A stretch of 63,894 nucleotides of DNA, the filler included, from Dirinaria sp. TL-2023a (taxonomy: Eukaryota), in assembly GCA_051941275.1 (NCBI GenBank). It is 3 parts of 3 records of this genome, joined end to end, with 100 filler letters (N's around TTAATTAATTAA, not from the genome) between each part and the next. Parts side by side here need not be neighbours in the genome. Positions count along the whole stretch, not along the records: positions 43,216 to 63,894 come from JAVEBF010000278.1; 2 more parts are not named here. One strand, written 5' to 3'. A program made the translations under genes and the position numbers. Below, in pieces: positions 43,216-56,000 of the stretch. Positions within the stretch are counted from its first letter, which is position 1, and the number at the start of each line of letters is the position of its first letter. The notes beneath the pieces are model-generated. The model searched no databases. It was not told where the DNA came from and saw only the letters and a program-made list of their open reading frames with translations.

Positions 43216-43415
43216 GTGGGAAGGAGGGATGGGGTGTGTGGAATGATATCTTCGTTTTTGGAGTTGTTGTAAGTGGTTTTTTTTTTTTTTTTTAAAAACT
43301 CTTCGAAGACATGGCTTTGTGCCTTGTTTCTAAGTCCTACTTTTTCTAGTATCTATCACTTGTTCTTGCAAAATGTTGGTGGACTTTGCATCTCATTTGG
43401 TGTTGACCCAGACGT

Positions 43416-44592
43416 TCAAGTTTTAAGACATTCTCCCTGAAGAACCTTATTGACTGCCTGTAGCATCTGCACCTCGTCGTGGATTGTGTGCTGACAGAAT
43501 ATCAGAAAACCATCTTCCAGCTTTTTACTGGATTTCGAGAGCTCATTCTCGTGATGGTTTATTTTCGCATCCCAGTTCGAGCAAATCGGAGCTTCGCGAC
43601 GGCAATAGCACGATCTGCATAATGGTGGAGTGTAGACCACGAGAGTTTGGAGATTCTTGAACTTTCGAAACAATCTTGCAGTCATGGGAATCCGGTTTGA
43701 ACTTGGAGTCAATCTCCTGAGTCTTGTTGCCGTCAGAGCCATTCTCAGAGTGAGATATTTCTGCAAGTTTGCGTTTAGGATCGATGCGTTTTACTTTAGA
43801 AGCAGGAGCCTCTTTCGTAGATTTGTATGTTCTCGTTCGAGGCTTCGTAGTCTAATCCTTGTTCGTCGACTTACACACGCTTGCTTGGAATCATCCGCCT
43901 CGAGCTGCGGCCACAAAATGTCCAAGATGTAGAACAATAGTGTCTTGCATTGCTTGAAGTTCAGTATGATTCATCTATTTCGACTCTGAGCTTGCTCGCG
44001 AGCAGCTTCGATAGCGTCGTTAAGCCCACTCTTCTCAGTTTTCACATTACGAATCTCCTTCTTTGAATGCTCGATCTTTCCCTCTAGATAGGCGATCTCA
44101 TCGCGTCGTCGCTGCAAAAGCATAACATTCGCCCCTCGATGATCCCGCTCCTCGAGAGTCTTAAGATCCTTTTGTGCCGCTTGTAGCTTTTGACTGGACT
44201 TCGAGAACTCCTACACAGCGGCGGAGTGTGAACCACCAGAGTTTGGAGATGCAGGCGGTTCCTCTGAGAAGAGCGTAGAACAAATAGTATAAGAATCATC
44301 CATGAAATACATCTCGATATGTCCATCAACTAAGCGTCGTCACATATGTATAGCCTCATCCATAGAATGAACTTCGAGATGCCGATCCACTGAGGATCGT
44401 CACAGATCTAAGATCTCTGCACGTAGCGAGACTTGAGAGACTACGGTTAGCGTGAGGATGTCGATGCCTCTGTCGTGGAGCTGGCTTCATGTATTGTCTA
44501 CTGTGATTCACTAATCTGCCTCGCCAGCTAATACGAATCTTAATATCCCTTGGTGTCTCAATATATAAGTTCTGAGTACTCTTACTGAGCAT
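43416..44592 (-). pseudogene. Probable degraded gene(s) with two diverged copies of an LQTLVVxTPPLCRS unit
   Basis: NLQTLVVYTPPLCRS (~43612-43656) and HLQTLVVHTPPLCRS (~44208-44252), each followed later by a similar EDGFLIFC / EGRMLCFC segment. The frames are broken by stop codons. Confidence 0.45.
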
Positions 44593-44814
44593 TGGTTTTT
44601 CCTGAAGCTTGAATCGGAGACCTCATAGTTAGACTTAGCGCAGTTTCAAGCCCAGGATTCGATCAAAATATTGCATTTCGAATCATCGAAATCTCCCATC
44701 TGATCGGTTGGGTAACACAGACCTGGGGTGTAGCCGGTGGTCATCTCTTCTCCATGAATCTCATGTCCAATGAATAGCTTCTTTTCCCCGGAATCCCGAG
44801 CAGCCGCTGGTGCG

Positions 44815-45399
44815 TTAGTTCCAACCAGCCACTGCTGCCAGCTGCTCCTCCATCTGCTGCTGAGCCAGATACCACTCAGGTACCGGCCATCCTTCTACCT
44901 TAATCGTCGCTTTCTTCAATCTAGGAATGCTCTTATCTAGTAAGGAGAAAGAATCTGCCTCGTCACGATCCTCCAGAACCCGATCTGAGCTAATACGGTC
45001 CTCATCAAATACAAATCGCTGCATGCCCTGAACACTGAGCAGTGCTTGACAGTGCTCGATACTGAGTCTGAACCTCGGCGTCTCCTGTAGAGTTTGTGCA
45101 GCACACGACTCGATCGCCTGCCCGACTCTTCGGAAACTCATCCTGGCGTTGTTCAGATATACCTTGGCAAAGTGAACGGGCTCGAAGATCCGAATGTTGC
45201 GTAGGTGCATAGTTCGGAGCGTTAGGGCTGTGAGGATTTGTCCGCGACAAGAGGCGTACAGCTCGTGGTAAGACGGCGAGGCGTGGATTAGAGAGCGCAG
45301 AGCGTGGATATCAGGAATGAGAAGGAGGATCATCAATTTTATCTCCGCTGGCATGGAGGAGAGGGATGCCTGAGACTGTGAGATACTCAGAGAAGCCAT
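44815..45399 (-). CDS. Hypothetical protein with N-terminal F-box-like motif
   Basis: Uninterrupted 194-codon ORF from ATG 45399. LSSMPAEIKLMILLLIPDIHALRSLIHASPSYHELY fits the fungal F-box-like pattern L..LP.EI...I...L.D...L.SL..ASP. Confidence 0.7.
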   Translation of the reverse strand: MASLSISQSQASLSSMPAEIKLMILLLIPDIHALRSLIHASPSYHELYASCRGQILTALTLRTMHLRNIRIFEPVHFAKVYLNNARMSFRRVGQAIESCAAQTLQETPRFRLSIEHCQALLSVQGMQRFVFDEDRISSDRVLEDRDEADSFSLLDKSIPRLKKATIKVEGWPVPEWYLAQQQMEEQLAAVAGWN

Positions 45400-45943
45400 C
45401 TTCAACGGTGTGCTTCGGTTCGAATAAAGTAGGAGTGAATGCTGAAAGTTTATATGCAGATTGGACCGTTTAAGAGTAAGGTCGCTTGAGGAGGGATATT
45501 AAAATGTCAACCGGGGATTCTTTATATAATATTTGAAGATAGACTTGTGTCAAAACATCGTATGGGAATGTATCTCATCACTCAAGTGTTCCTCAAAAAT
45601 GAAATATCGCGGACAGGTCGTTTGTTGCCGATCAAAGAGCCTTGTGTTATTCAACAAACCAATTGTTGCGAGCGTGAGTGTTACTCTTTGGTATCTTGCC
45701 ATGTGACACACTGGACCATTGATTGCTTCATTGTACTGTTGAGCCTCGTGTGTAGGGTAATCGAGCAGCGCTTGGAATTGGCTGGCTCAATACAAGGCCT
45801 TTGATCGATGAACAAAATCAACCTTCTTTTTCTATCAGTAACAGCCAGACTTTAGATGCTGCTGCTGCATATCTGACGGACTGATCAATCTTGACTAATG
45901 TAAATCACCCTCCAACAACAGTCAGCATTAACAGATCGCTGTC

Positions 45944-46148
45944 GTTGTCCCCCCGCAGCCTAACCGAAGATCGTACGAAGGGTGAATCAGATGTAGAACA
46001 TGGAAGTACATATGTACATAACGGAGCCGCCAGAAAGAAAGGACCTGTTGCCCCCCGCAGCCTATTCAGAAAATCGTACGAAATGTGAATCAGATATAAA
46101 ACATGGAAGTACATATTCACACAAAGTATCCACCAGAAAGAAAGTGCC
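45944..46148. repeat. Diverged tandem duplication, 2 x ~103 bp
   Basis: Units start at 45944 and 46047 and share CCCCCCGCAGCCTA, ATCGTACGAA, GTGAATCAGAT, AACATGGAAGTACATAT and CCAGAAAGAAAG. Confidence 0.92.
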
Positions 46149-47077
46149 AAACCCCATGCTCGAATCCTATATCAAATCACCCCCTAACGAGTCGAGTGGT
46201 ATTGGAAATAGCATCGACCATTGGAAATCTGTCTTGAGGCATAACCAGGTACCTATACGGGCATTATTTGTTTGCCTATCTGTTTGCTATAAACGCGAAG
46301 ATAATGAAAGAAATCAAAGGTATCTACCCTAGCATGCATAGTAGCAAACAACATGGCAAACATCACGTGCTGGTCTAAACCCGGGCTTCATGGGTACCTT
46401 AATCTTCAGTTCAGCCCTATGGTAAGGCTGATTTCCAACGGGTGAAGGTAAAATTACCTTCGTCATCCATGTGTATATCGATGGACCCAAGACAGGCTAT
46501 TGTGTTCGCAGAGGCAGATGCGCTTTCCATAGTCAAATATGCCATAGAGTTTTTCATCAAGGTCTCTACATGCTCAGAGATCCTGCGCTAGACTCGATTG
46601 TTAAGATCGAGAGCTTGTTCGCATAGCATATAGATGGTCTCGAATTAGTGTAGATTAGAGCAGATGGGGAAAGAAAACCCTAAGCTTTGGATACCTAGAC
46701 GGCTAGGCATGCGAGTTGCATTTCTTGCCTCATAACCATCTCTCATCAGGCGACTCCCCACTTAAGAAGCGCATTGCAAGGATCAAAAGGGGTCACAGTG
46801 TTTGCAAAGTGCCGATGTTGCATTCTAAAGCTATGTACACACAGAATCATGATTTGCTAGATCTTGACCCGTCCTTGGGATTTTGGACGCCCTGCACGAC
46901 GACCACGTCCTTCAGACCAGGCTTCGACCGGCTAGAATATGAATCAAATAACATGACCGTCTCCGCTGCTACTTTTAATGTACACAATCGCTGCTAGCAA
47001 TGGTCCCTATATGCACCGCCAAGGGCTTGATGCCCGATGAATGAGCGCCATGCAATGCTCAAAGGAAAGTGGCTGCA

Positions 47078-50000
47078 CTATGCGAAGCCGAAGTATTCGC
47101 TGCCGGCAGTCATAGCAGTGTAGAGTTGTTGCCGCAGAGATTCGTAGGTGTCATACTCAGGAAGATCAAGTTCTGCAAGTCACTGTCAGGCTAGGACTTC
47201 ACCGTGTGCGCAGGTTTCAGTAGACTTACGATTAAAGCATGTATGCGAGCTAGGTAGCCTATCTTTGTTGCCGTAGTCTCGGTGGATATTGAAGCGACTG
47301 AAGCCGTTCATGCCCTCGAGTTGACCAAAGCCGTTCAGAGGCACCTTGCTCGTTCCCGTGACGAACTGCAGTAACTTGGCACGCTCTTCTTTGTCGAAGG
47401 AACGGACGGCTCGCCAAAACCATTGGATTTGGGACGAGGAGGCTGAGTAATTGTGGTATTCGGTGTGGTTCTTCCAGTCATCGACGTCGATGTCCGGAAG
47501 ACCAGATATGAGCAGCTCCAATTCTTGTTCGTTAAAGATTGCGATCAACTCGGGAGGCACAATGTCGTGGAAACCTAATTAAAATTTAGCCAATGTCAAG
47601 CAGGAACAGGGTTGCGGACTGACCTCTGAGGAACTGCTCAAGCTGTGTTTGCACCGATCCTGTAAGACGGTATTCAACCACACGCTGCACATACTCGTGC
47701 TTGTTCTCTTCGGTGACAGGGATATTGCGTCCATTCGTAACGAGATCCACAACTTCCTTCTTGCCGAAGTCGTCTGTCTCGATGGAGAAAGTTTCCGTGA
47801 TGATTTCAGTAATATCATTCTCCAACATCCACAGCAGCGACTTGTAGTAGTCCAAGTCAAGTGTCTCCATGTCCTTGATCGAGACAGATTTGCCAAGAAT
47901 TCGCTTGTAGACGGCTCTGCTGAAGTGACAGTCCAAAGCTCGGCCTTCATAAAGCGCTTTGCCGATAATCCGTCCAATAAATTGGAAGAACATCAGGTGC
48001 TCTTCATTGACATGACTTAGCTTATTAGGGTGGAACGTCGTACGGTCCGAGGCAACAGGGATGAACAGAGCATAGTCCGGGTTAAACATCTGCCGGGAGA
48101 GGACTTGGAACCATTCTCGGGTGACACCGCCAGCATCGACACCTTCCTCGCCATTGAAGCGGATACTGAGTTTGCCGTATTTGATCTCATCGCCCGACTT
48201 GAACGACAAGAACTTGAAAGAATCGAGGAAGACCTGATCGCGACGCACGGACAATTGTAGAGGCGGCTGAGGATGTCGCTGTTCTGCGCTTCGAGAGTGG
48301 AGCCGCCGTGTAAAGTAATTACGCTTATTATCGAATTCTAGCACCTTAGGGTTCTTGACAAGTAGGGAGAAAGTCCCACTCATGAGCTTAGGATTGTGGC
48401 GGACAAGGTCATTCAAGATCTTACGATGATCTTCTGTGAATCGGAAGAAGAGCGTCTCGATGCGGGAGTCGGGTGGTGGACTCGTAACAGAAAATTCTTT
48501 GGCAGCTTTGATCAGAGGAGCGTCCTTGATTGTAGTGTTCTTGCACACGACCATAAGAGCTTCAATAAGCGGCAGGAGAATGGTTGCAACACTTAACGTA
48601 CCATCCGCTTGACGGATCGCACTGAGACACTCGCTGAGCTTGGCCCATAGCGAACCGAACGTGGGATGCTCGTAAAGAGTGGTCAAAAGATCTTCCTTAG
48701 ATGTCGAAGATTCCCCATTTTCGGCTTGCTCTTCTGTTGCTGGTTCTGTCTTACCGTTGTTGCGCTTGGGATCGAAGAGGTAGTCGAGCGCGGTAAGAAC
48801 GCGAAGTAATTTGGCTTGATCTGAGGATGCTGGCGAGAACTTGGTGAGAGCCAATCCCTGAATATCAGTCCCACTCTCCGCTTTACCGATTTGAGTGATA
48901 AGATCGTCAAGGTCGTCCAAGATGGACTGGCCAAGCGCTTTCGCTTGTTCTATCAGCGCTTTGCCGAAGACCTCTTTCGCCTCGGGAATAGCCGAAAGAT
49001 TGTTGATCGTAGATAAGGTATCGCGGAAAGTCTTCCCACTGCATTCACGAGCTGCCAAGATGTTGACGACCAGGCGCAGGTTCTCCTCCGGCACAACTGG
49101 AGGGCTCAAACCCTTTGGCTTCTTAGATTTTTCCTCCGATAACTTCTTAGTCTCTGCGGGCTTCGTTTCTGCATCGGCTACACCAACAGTGGTGGGTGGA
49201 ATCTGCTCGCCAGCATCTGGGATAACGTTCTCAGGCTGACCATTAGGCATTGGACTTGGGTTGATGGTAGATTCGCCCTCTAGCCGAGCATCTTGTGTCA
49301 AGTGAGTAACATTCTCGATCTGGGCGCTCGGGTCCGGAATTGTTGCAGCCGATGGCGCAGCTTTGGACTTTTCAGGTTCCTCAGGCGGTTCCTTTTCTTT
49401 TCGTAGAAGCATTGTAAGCGGATGTGTCACACTTTGCAGAAGGCTTGACAACTGTTCCATGCATCCTGAACTGTCCATTATAAGCTTGCGATCCAGGAGA
49501 GTCAGCAATGCATTGAGAGCATATCTCGACGCTTTGGTTTCCTTTGCTTTACCCTTTCTGGCGGACTTGCCCTTAACACTGGAAGAGATTTCGTGCTCGG
49601 TCAGGAAGAAGAACGGAATCGATACGTTGTATTGGGTTAACGAAACCAGAGCAGCGAGGCATTGCTGAACGACCATGAGGGGAGTCATTTCTGAGTTGTT
49701 GAGCGGCGATATCTGGTTGGTGAGTGTCCGCTTAGGGGTCTGAGGTGTCTTCGGTGCCGCGGGTTGCTTGGCTCTGAGGGACAAGCTTGTGAAACTACGC
49801 TCTACTGCATTGACATCTATCGTCCCATCTTGTAGAATGGAGAGCAGAAGACTGATCACTTCAGCACGGTTCTGCTTGTTTTGCGAGATGTCGTGAAGAA
49901 TGCCGTTAAGAGTCTGCCGCGAGCTCCCCTGCTGCTGGATGAACATCAGACGCAGCAAAGTGGGAACGCCAGACTTATCGAGCATCTGCCGGATGGGTCG

Positions 50001-53000
50001 TCGTTGCGCTTTCTGAGCAGCTGGTTGCGAAGTCCGTTCCTCGCGGTCGTTGCCACGTGCACGATTATTCAATCGTTGCAGGTCTCCAAAACGGTGCATA
50101 ATGCGCTCTCCACCAAGTGCACGAGCCTCGGCAGCGATAGCTGTGGGAAGCTGAGCTAAAACCTCATCATCTTGTTCCATGAGGACTGCTTGCCGTAAAT
50201 GCGGATCAAGCGAAGCCAGGAAGCTCGCAGGGTCCATTTCCTCAGCTCGGGGCCCACCGCCTTCAGCAGTCGCTCGCCTTCGAGCCTCTTCTCTCTCGCG
50301 ACGACGGCGATCTTGCGCTTCCTGCTGTAAAAGCTCCTCTCGAATGTCAGGTGGCAAGGCTTCCAGAAACTCCCGGCTGATATCAGTTGGCTCTTGACCG
50401 GCCGCAGCAGCCTCCGACCGTTGTAAAGCGAGCTGTGACATGAGCACCTCTTCCCGCAGCTCCTCGGGTAGAGCATCAAGGTATTCTAGATCGATACCCA
50501 TGCCCGTAATATCGAGCTCGCGTCCCCGGATCGTGGTACGAATACGTCCTGTCGGTTCTGAAGGTCCAGCTTCTGCTGCAGCGCCAGTGGTACTCGCCCC
50601 TTCAGTGTTATGAGCAGATCCAGCAGGCTCCTCGGTTTCAGCAGTCTCGATGCCTTCCATGGCTTCTTGACGTTGTCCTTCGGCTTGGTCGCCATCATCG
50701 TTCGTACCTGCGCGTGAAGCAGCGTCCGACTCTGCCGCAGCAGCTGCCTCACGTTCCTCCTGTTCTCGCTTTTCCCGAGCCTCTTTCTCCGCTTCTTCTT
50801 TAGCTTTTCGTTCTTGTTCCGCCCGTTCCTTAGCTAGTCTTTCAGCGTCCTCGCTGGCTTTCTTATGAGCTTCTTTCCGTTTCTTTTCCTTTTCAATTGC
50901 TGGAGGTATCAAAAGTCGGAGTAGAGAATTGACAACTCGCTGGACCTTCTCGGCGTGCGCATTGCCATACAGAAGGCGGGCTTCTTCTTGCCAGCGAGCC
51001 GGAGTGCTTGCTGGAATGAACTGAGTGGATTGCATGGGGTCGTCCCTGGATGGACGGGTAGTTTCTTGAGGTTGACGGAGGCCAAGTAAAGCCTGCACCT
51101 CTCTAGGTAGAGCACCGCCTCGGCCACCACCAACATGAAGATGTAGTGCACCGTGACCTAGGCTTGCAAACCCAGAACCACCCTGCCCAACGGCAGCGAT
51201 AATATTACTAATGAACGACACAGGACCTTCCATTCCTATTCCTCTCGGCTGAGGTGGTTCCATACCATGAACCCAGTAGTCGCTAATACTAGCTGCATCA
51301 TCAGAAATGCCTGGCGGACCAGATCGTGTGTTGCTCGATGATGCATCACGGCGTTGTAGAAGGGGATTAACGCCATCATCGGCAGGCCGCGGCCCAGCAG
51401 ATGGACGGTGAGAGCGATATATTGGTAGTCTATCGCCCGGGCCACCAGCAACATTCGGGAGAATATTCCAAGGGGTAGATATCCGACGCGGGTGGTGATG
51501 GTGGTGATGGTGATGCCTAGGTAAAGCCATCGGTTGCTCGTCGTCCGGATCCCAACCCCATGGCGGATCGGGCATGTCAGTATCCTCGTCTCCGAGCTCA
51601 GGCTGATAGATCACATCATCATCCTCTGCATCTTCTTCCTCATCTTCCTCAGCATCCTCGTCATCGTCATCATCTGGACCGCCCCCTTCAGCAAAATCGC
51701 CTTCCATCTCCAATGCAAGGTCCCGTAAGGCCGCTGGACCATCAGCAAGTTCTCGTGCAATATTTCGGACAGCGTTTTCCGCCTCGTCGACTTCTCCATC
51801 TTCGTCAAGTGGTACATCCTCATCACCCTCGTCTTGCCATTCTTCTCCTCGAAGGCCCTCTACCTCTACAAGGCTATCATTTTCGTCATCTCCGGTAATC
51901 TCTTCCATGGCATCGATATCTTCATTGTCGTCCTCGATATCATCGGAATCGTCCTCGTCTTCATCTTCGTCCTCCTCCTCATCATCATCAGCTTCGCTCA
52001 TTTCATCTTCTTCACCATCAATTACGACTTCGACATTCATGCCTGCATCGCCTGGCAAGCCTTCCAAATGTCCAACCCCTTCGATATCCTCATCTTCATC
52101 GCTTATAACTTCAGCGCCATCACGTTCCATTTCATCCTCAAACTCCATGCCCTCATCGTATTCTTCGTCGTCGTACATATCTTCGTCTTCATCGGATGAT
52201 TCTGAGCTGGATTCTTCCTCACGGCCTGGCTCGAACATTCCAAGGGTAGAATTGCGAAAGAGATCAGGAGTCTCCTCTCGTTCGTCGTTCACTTCAGAGA
52301 CTGATGTAGCACTTGATATTTCGTCGTCATCGGTCTGGCCAGTGGTAGTCGAATCATCGGAAGTCTCGCTTACGATGATGGCGGTTTGTGTGAGTTGCTT
52401 CAGGGGTCTAAGAATGTATTTGACAGCCCGCTTCGAACCTGGGAAATTGAGGTCGACGTCGGCAATGGAGGCGGTCAGAGCCGAGATGAAGTTCTTCTCA
52501 TACATGACTCGGGCAAGTACCTTCTGCGGGCCTGCGTTGAGCTCGTGTAGTTGACCAGGAGCGCTTTGTACAATCTTTCCTGTCAGTAGTCGGTTGAAGA
52601 GGTCGGCAAGGTAGAGCAGTCGAGCGTATTTGCTATCAAGGGAATCTTCGGATGCATTCGCGTCTTTGTAAGATTTTAGCGCATGCTCAAGCACAAACTT
52701 CCGCACAAATTGCAGGTCCGTATCTTGATCTTCCTCCAAAGACCCGCGCTTCCTCTCATGACCATATTCATTGGTCTTTAGACATAAGGAGACAATGGTC
52801 GACATTGCCCAATTAGAAGTGCTCAATCGCTTCCGAAAAGAAATGCTTTCTTCGTGATTGAGGGTACCAACCGGAATGAGATCATTAAGCAGGTAATTGA
52901 GGACATTCGATCTAGGTTTGGAGGGAGTTGTAGCTTTACCGTCAGCCCTCCTCGAGAAATTGGCGAATTCAATCTTGGTCCGGTTGTAGCTACGAAGAAG

Positions 53001-56000
53001 CTCTGTAAGACATTGAAGTAGGAAGCAGCGGTAGATGTAAATGGGGTGCTGTTCTGGTTTGAAATCTAGTTTCTCGGTTTTCTTGCCCTTGTTAGACTCA
53101 GTCGAAGGCTCCGGAGGTAGAAGTGCCATTGTTGGGTAAACACTATCTTCCATCTCGACATCTTCCGGCTCAGGAGACCCTTGCGTCATGGATTTAGTGG
53201 CCGACACCTGGTCTTTGTCGACCACTTCTTTGTATGCGAGTAATTCACAAAGGATGTAGTGAATAACCCCACTAGGACGATCGACGGTAGGCGCTTTCGC
53301 ATCACTAGCCTTGCCTTTCGGCAGAGGCTGCGGTACAGCGCCTTCAGTAGGTAGCTTCGAGGCCTCAGTAGCACTTGTTTCAGGGTTTTTTGAAATAGGT
53401 GCTTCCGTTGCCGACGATTGATCCTGATTTCCATTGACTTCCCTAGCCTCCGGTTTCATAATCAGATTCTGGGGGCGTTGGCTGGAATCGTAGGTCTTGA
53501 TTTCCAGTATTTCATTGGTGACCTCAACGAATATTTCGGGGGAGCGTAAGACAAGATGATACATCTGTCTCACATAGCCACTTGTATCAATCGTCCTCGC
53601 CGGCCTGGATTCGAAATTTGCGTATATCTCGCTTCGCATAATCTGTCGTAGAATAGCATCATCTTCAACTATATGTCGCAGGAGTAACATGAACGAGTTT
53701 TGCAAGCGGTCATTGGTAATGCCAGCCAATTGCTTGACCATCACGAACAGTCGCTGGATGTTCGGCTTCTCTCCCAGTCGCGACGCGATTTCTCGATTCC
53801 GAGTTAGTATGACCAAGACTCGTACGACTGACAGTGCCAGAGACTCGTCCTTGCCAATGCGGGGTAGTATTTCCACAATAGAACTAAATAGCTGCGACTT
53901 GACATCCATCGGCAAGCGAGGCTTTTCCATTGTTAGAGGAGGAGTGTTGGGTCGTGATCCGCCCTCACTCGGTGGTGGAGACCATTGTATCTGTGAGGGC
54001 TGAGTGTCTTCCGCGAGCAGCTTTTCGAGCACAAGGAGTATCTGTCCAATCCAAGGCGAAGCTTCTTCAGCAGACTGATCAGGGAATATACGGATGAAGC
54101 CCATTAAGGCCGAGAACTGTGACTGCAGCTCTTCAAATGTAGAATCGTAGAAATCACGGTCTTGAATGACCAAGGCTAGAAGATTAGCGTATGCAGCGAT
54201 TTTCTTGCCAGCAGGGCGAAAATCTTCTTCAGCTTGGAACGATATCAGTGACTGAACTAGTGTTTCGCCAATGTCTTTGCGCATACTCGAGGCACCAGGG
54301 GTTTTCGATGAGGCCGTGTTGATGAGGTCGGCCAGCTCGAATGTGACACTATCATGCACATTAAGGACATCAAGGGCACGCTCGATTATGTTTCCTCTGA
54401 GGTTTCGGCGTTCGCTATCCAATTGATCCCATGTCACAATTTCTGGAAGCTTTTCCGCCTCAATAGCGTTCTGAAGAGCAGATGGGCCTGGGGAAGATCG
54501 ATGTGACTGCGACCCATCGCGAGGAACAATGTCGGCTGGATTCAGCAGATTATCGATACTAAATGACATACCGTCTTCAGGGCCTTCGTGGGACTCGGTA
54601 GATGCATTGACTGCAGATGATAGCACTGAGGACTGCAGCGAAGGAGAATCTTCGCCGCGCCCTTCTCCGGCTTCCAGGTGAGGGGCTATGAGTGAACGCA
54701 ATGCTTCTACAGATGGCAAACCAGACGTTGCACCGCTCTCTATTGTAGCAGAAGTTCCAGGTCCTGGCACACCAGCCTCAGATGTCCTGCGAGGCGTTGG
54801 ACTAGGCAACGGCGAAGGCTGGATCTCTCGCTCATAAGCAGGAATCGGGTTGGCAGGAAGTTCAAACTCTTTTTGGGTCTGGCAATACTCTTCGGCGGCC
54901 GCCATCACATTCAGACACCTGTACAGAGCTTCCCGCGCCAACTCCTTGGCATAGCCCTTCTCCGTCAAAATGTTAATCTTGTCGTTGTGGATGCTATATT
55001 TCTTGATAGGGGGGGTTTGTATGCGCTGTGGCACTTTATCCACGTCCCGGAAAGCACCTTGCTCCTCGCCATCCTCTAATATTGTTCGAAGAATCTCGAT
55101 CAAACGTTTGACCGTAGGGTCAGATGCTTTCTCAACAAAGCTTGAGTCCCACATGGATCGAATTGGAGGCAGTACTGCCATACGAAGTTCCACCAGGAAT
55201 TGCGATGCCGCAAAATAATGCGGGTGTCCACGATCACGCTCATTTGAAGTGATTAATTGTGTCTGAGCGCTTTCGACTATGGCTTTGGTGTTCACGATTT
55301 GACCGTAAAAGTTGAGTATGATCTTTATTCCTCCATAAGCGGACGCTAGCCGGGCAGCTCTATCCACATTATCTACTGAAGCACCTTCGTGATGTTGAAA
55401 GGTCTCTGCCTCGTCACAGAAGGTGACAAGGATATCTTTGACGGATTTCAATCCCCCTTTTCCTTGGAAAGCTTGCAGCAGAAGGGTGAGGCATTGCGCA
55501 TGTGGACGGTCATTGGGCCCTAGTGCAATGTCAGATCACAGCGAATCTACATGCTAAGCCAAGCCTCTTACCTTCAATTATCATTTGTGAAATTGATGTC
55601 AGGATGACAATCCAATAAGCATAGCAATTCTTAATAGACTCGTTAAGCTTCTTGGGGGGCTCGAACTTCAACTGCTCAAGGGTTGATTCTGCTATTGCAT
55701 CCGCTACGAAATATGCATTTTGTCGTGAGTAGGCATCCGGCCGCCGTTTCGCCACCAAGGCTTTACCCAGCCCTTGAAAGAACGGGATGATGGATGATGG
55801 GACCTGGCTAAGAAGATACCGCAGAGTGATCAAGTTCTTGAATTGGGCGGTCTTCTCCAGTTGGGCCCTCGTATCTTTTTTGCTCTTCTTGGAAGATAGA
55901 GAACCGGAAGCCCGTCTTGACTCTGAAATATCAGCTGCCCCCGAAGCGGGAGCGGAGCTATTGCTTGCATTTAAATCCTCCGGAGTCAAGAACCCAAGAA

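Noticed and set aside
51494..52554. Poly-His and Asp/Glu tracts and the antisense poly-Ser ORF 51907..52554
   Set aside because: Normal low-complexity region of Tom1/HUWE1 proteins; the plus-strand ORF is an antisense shadow.
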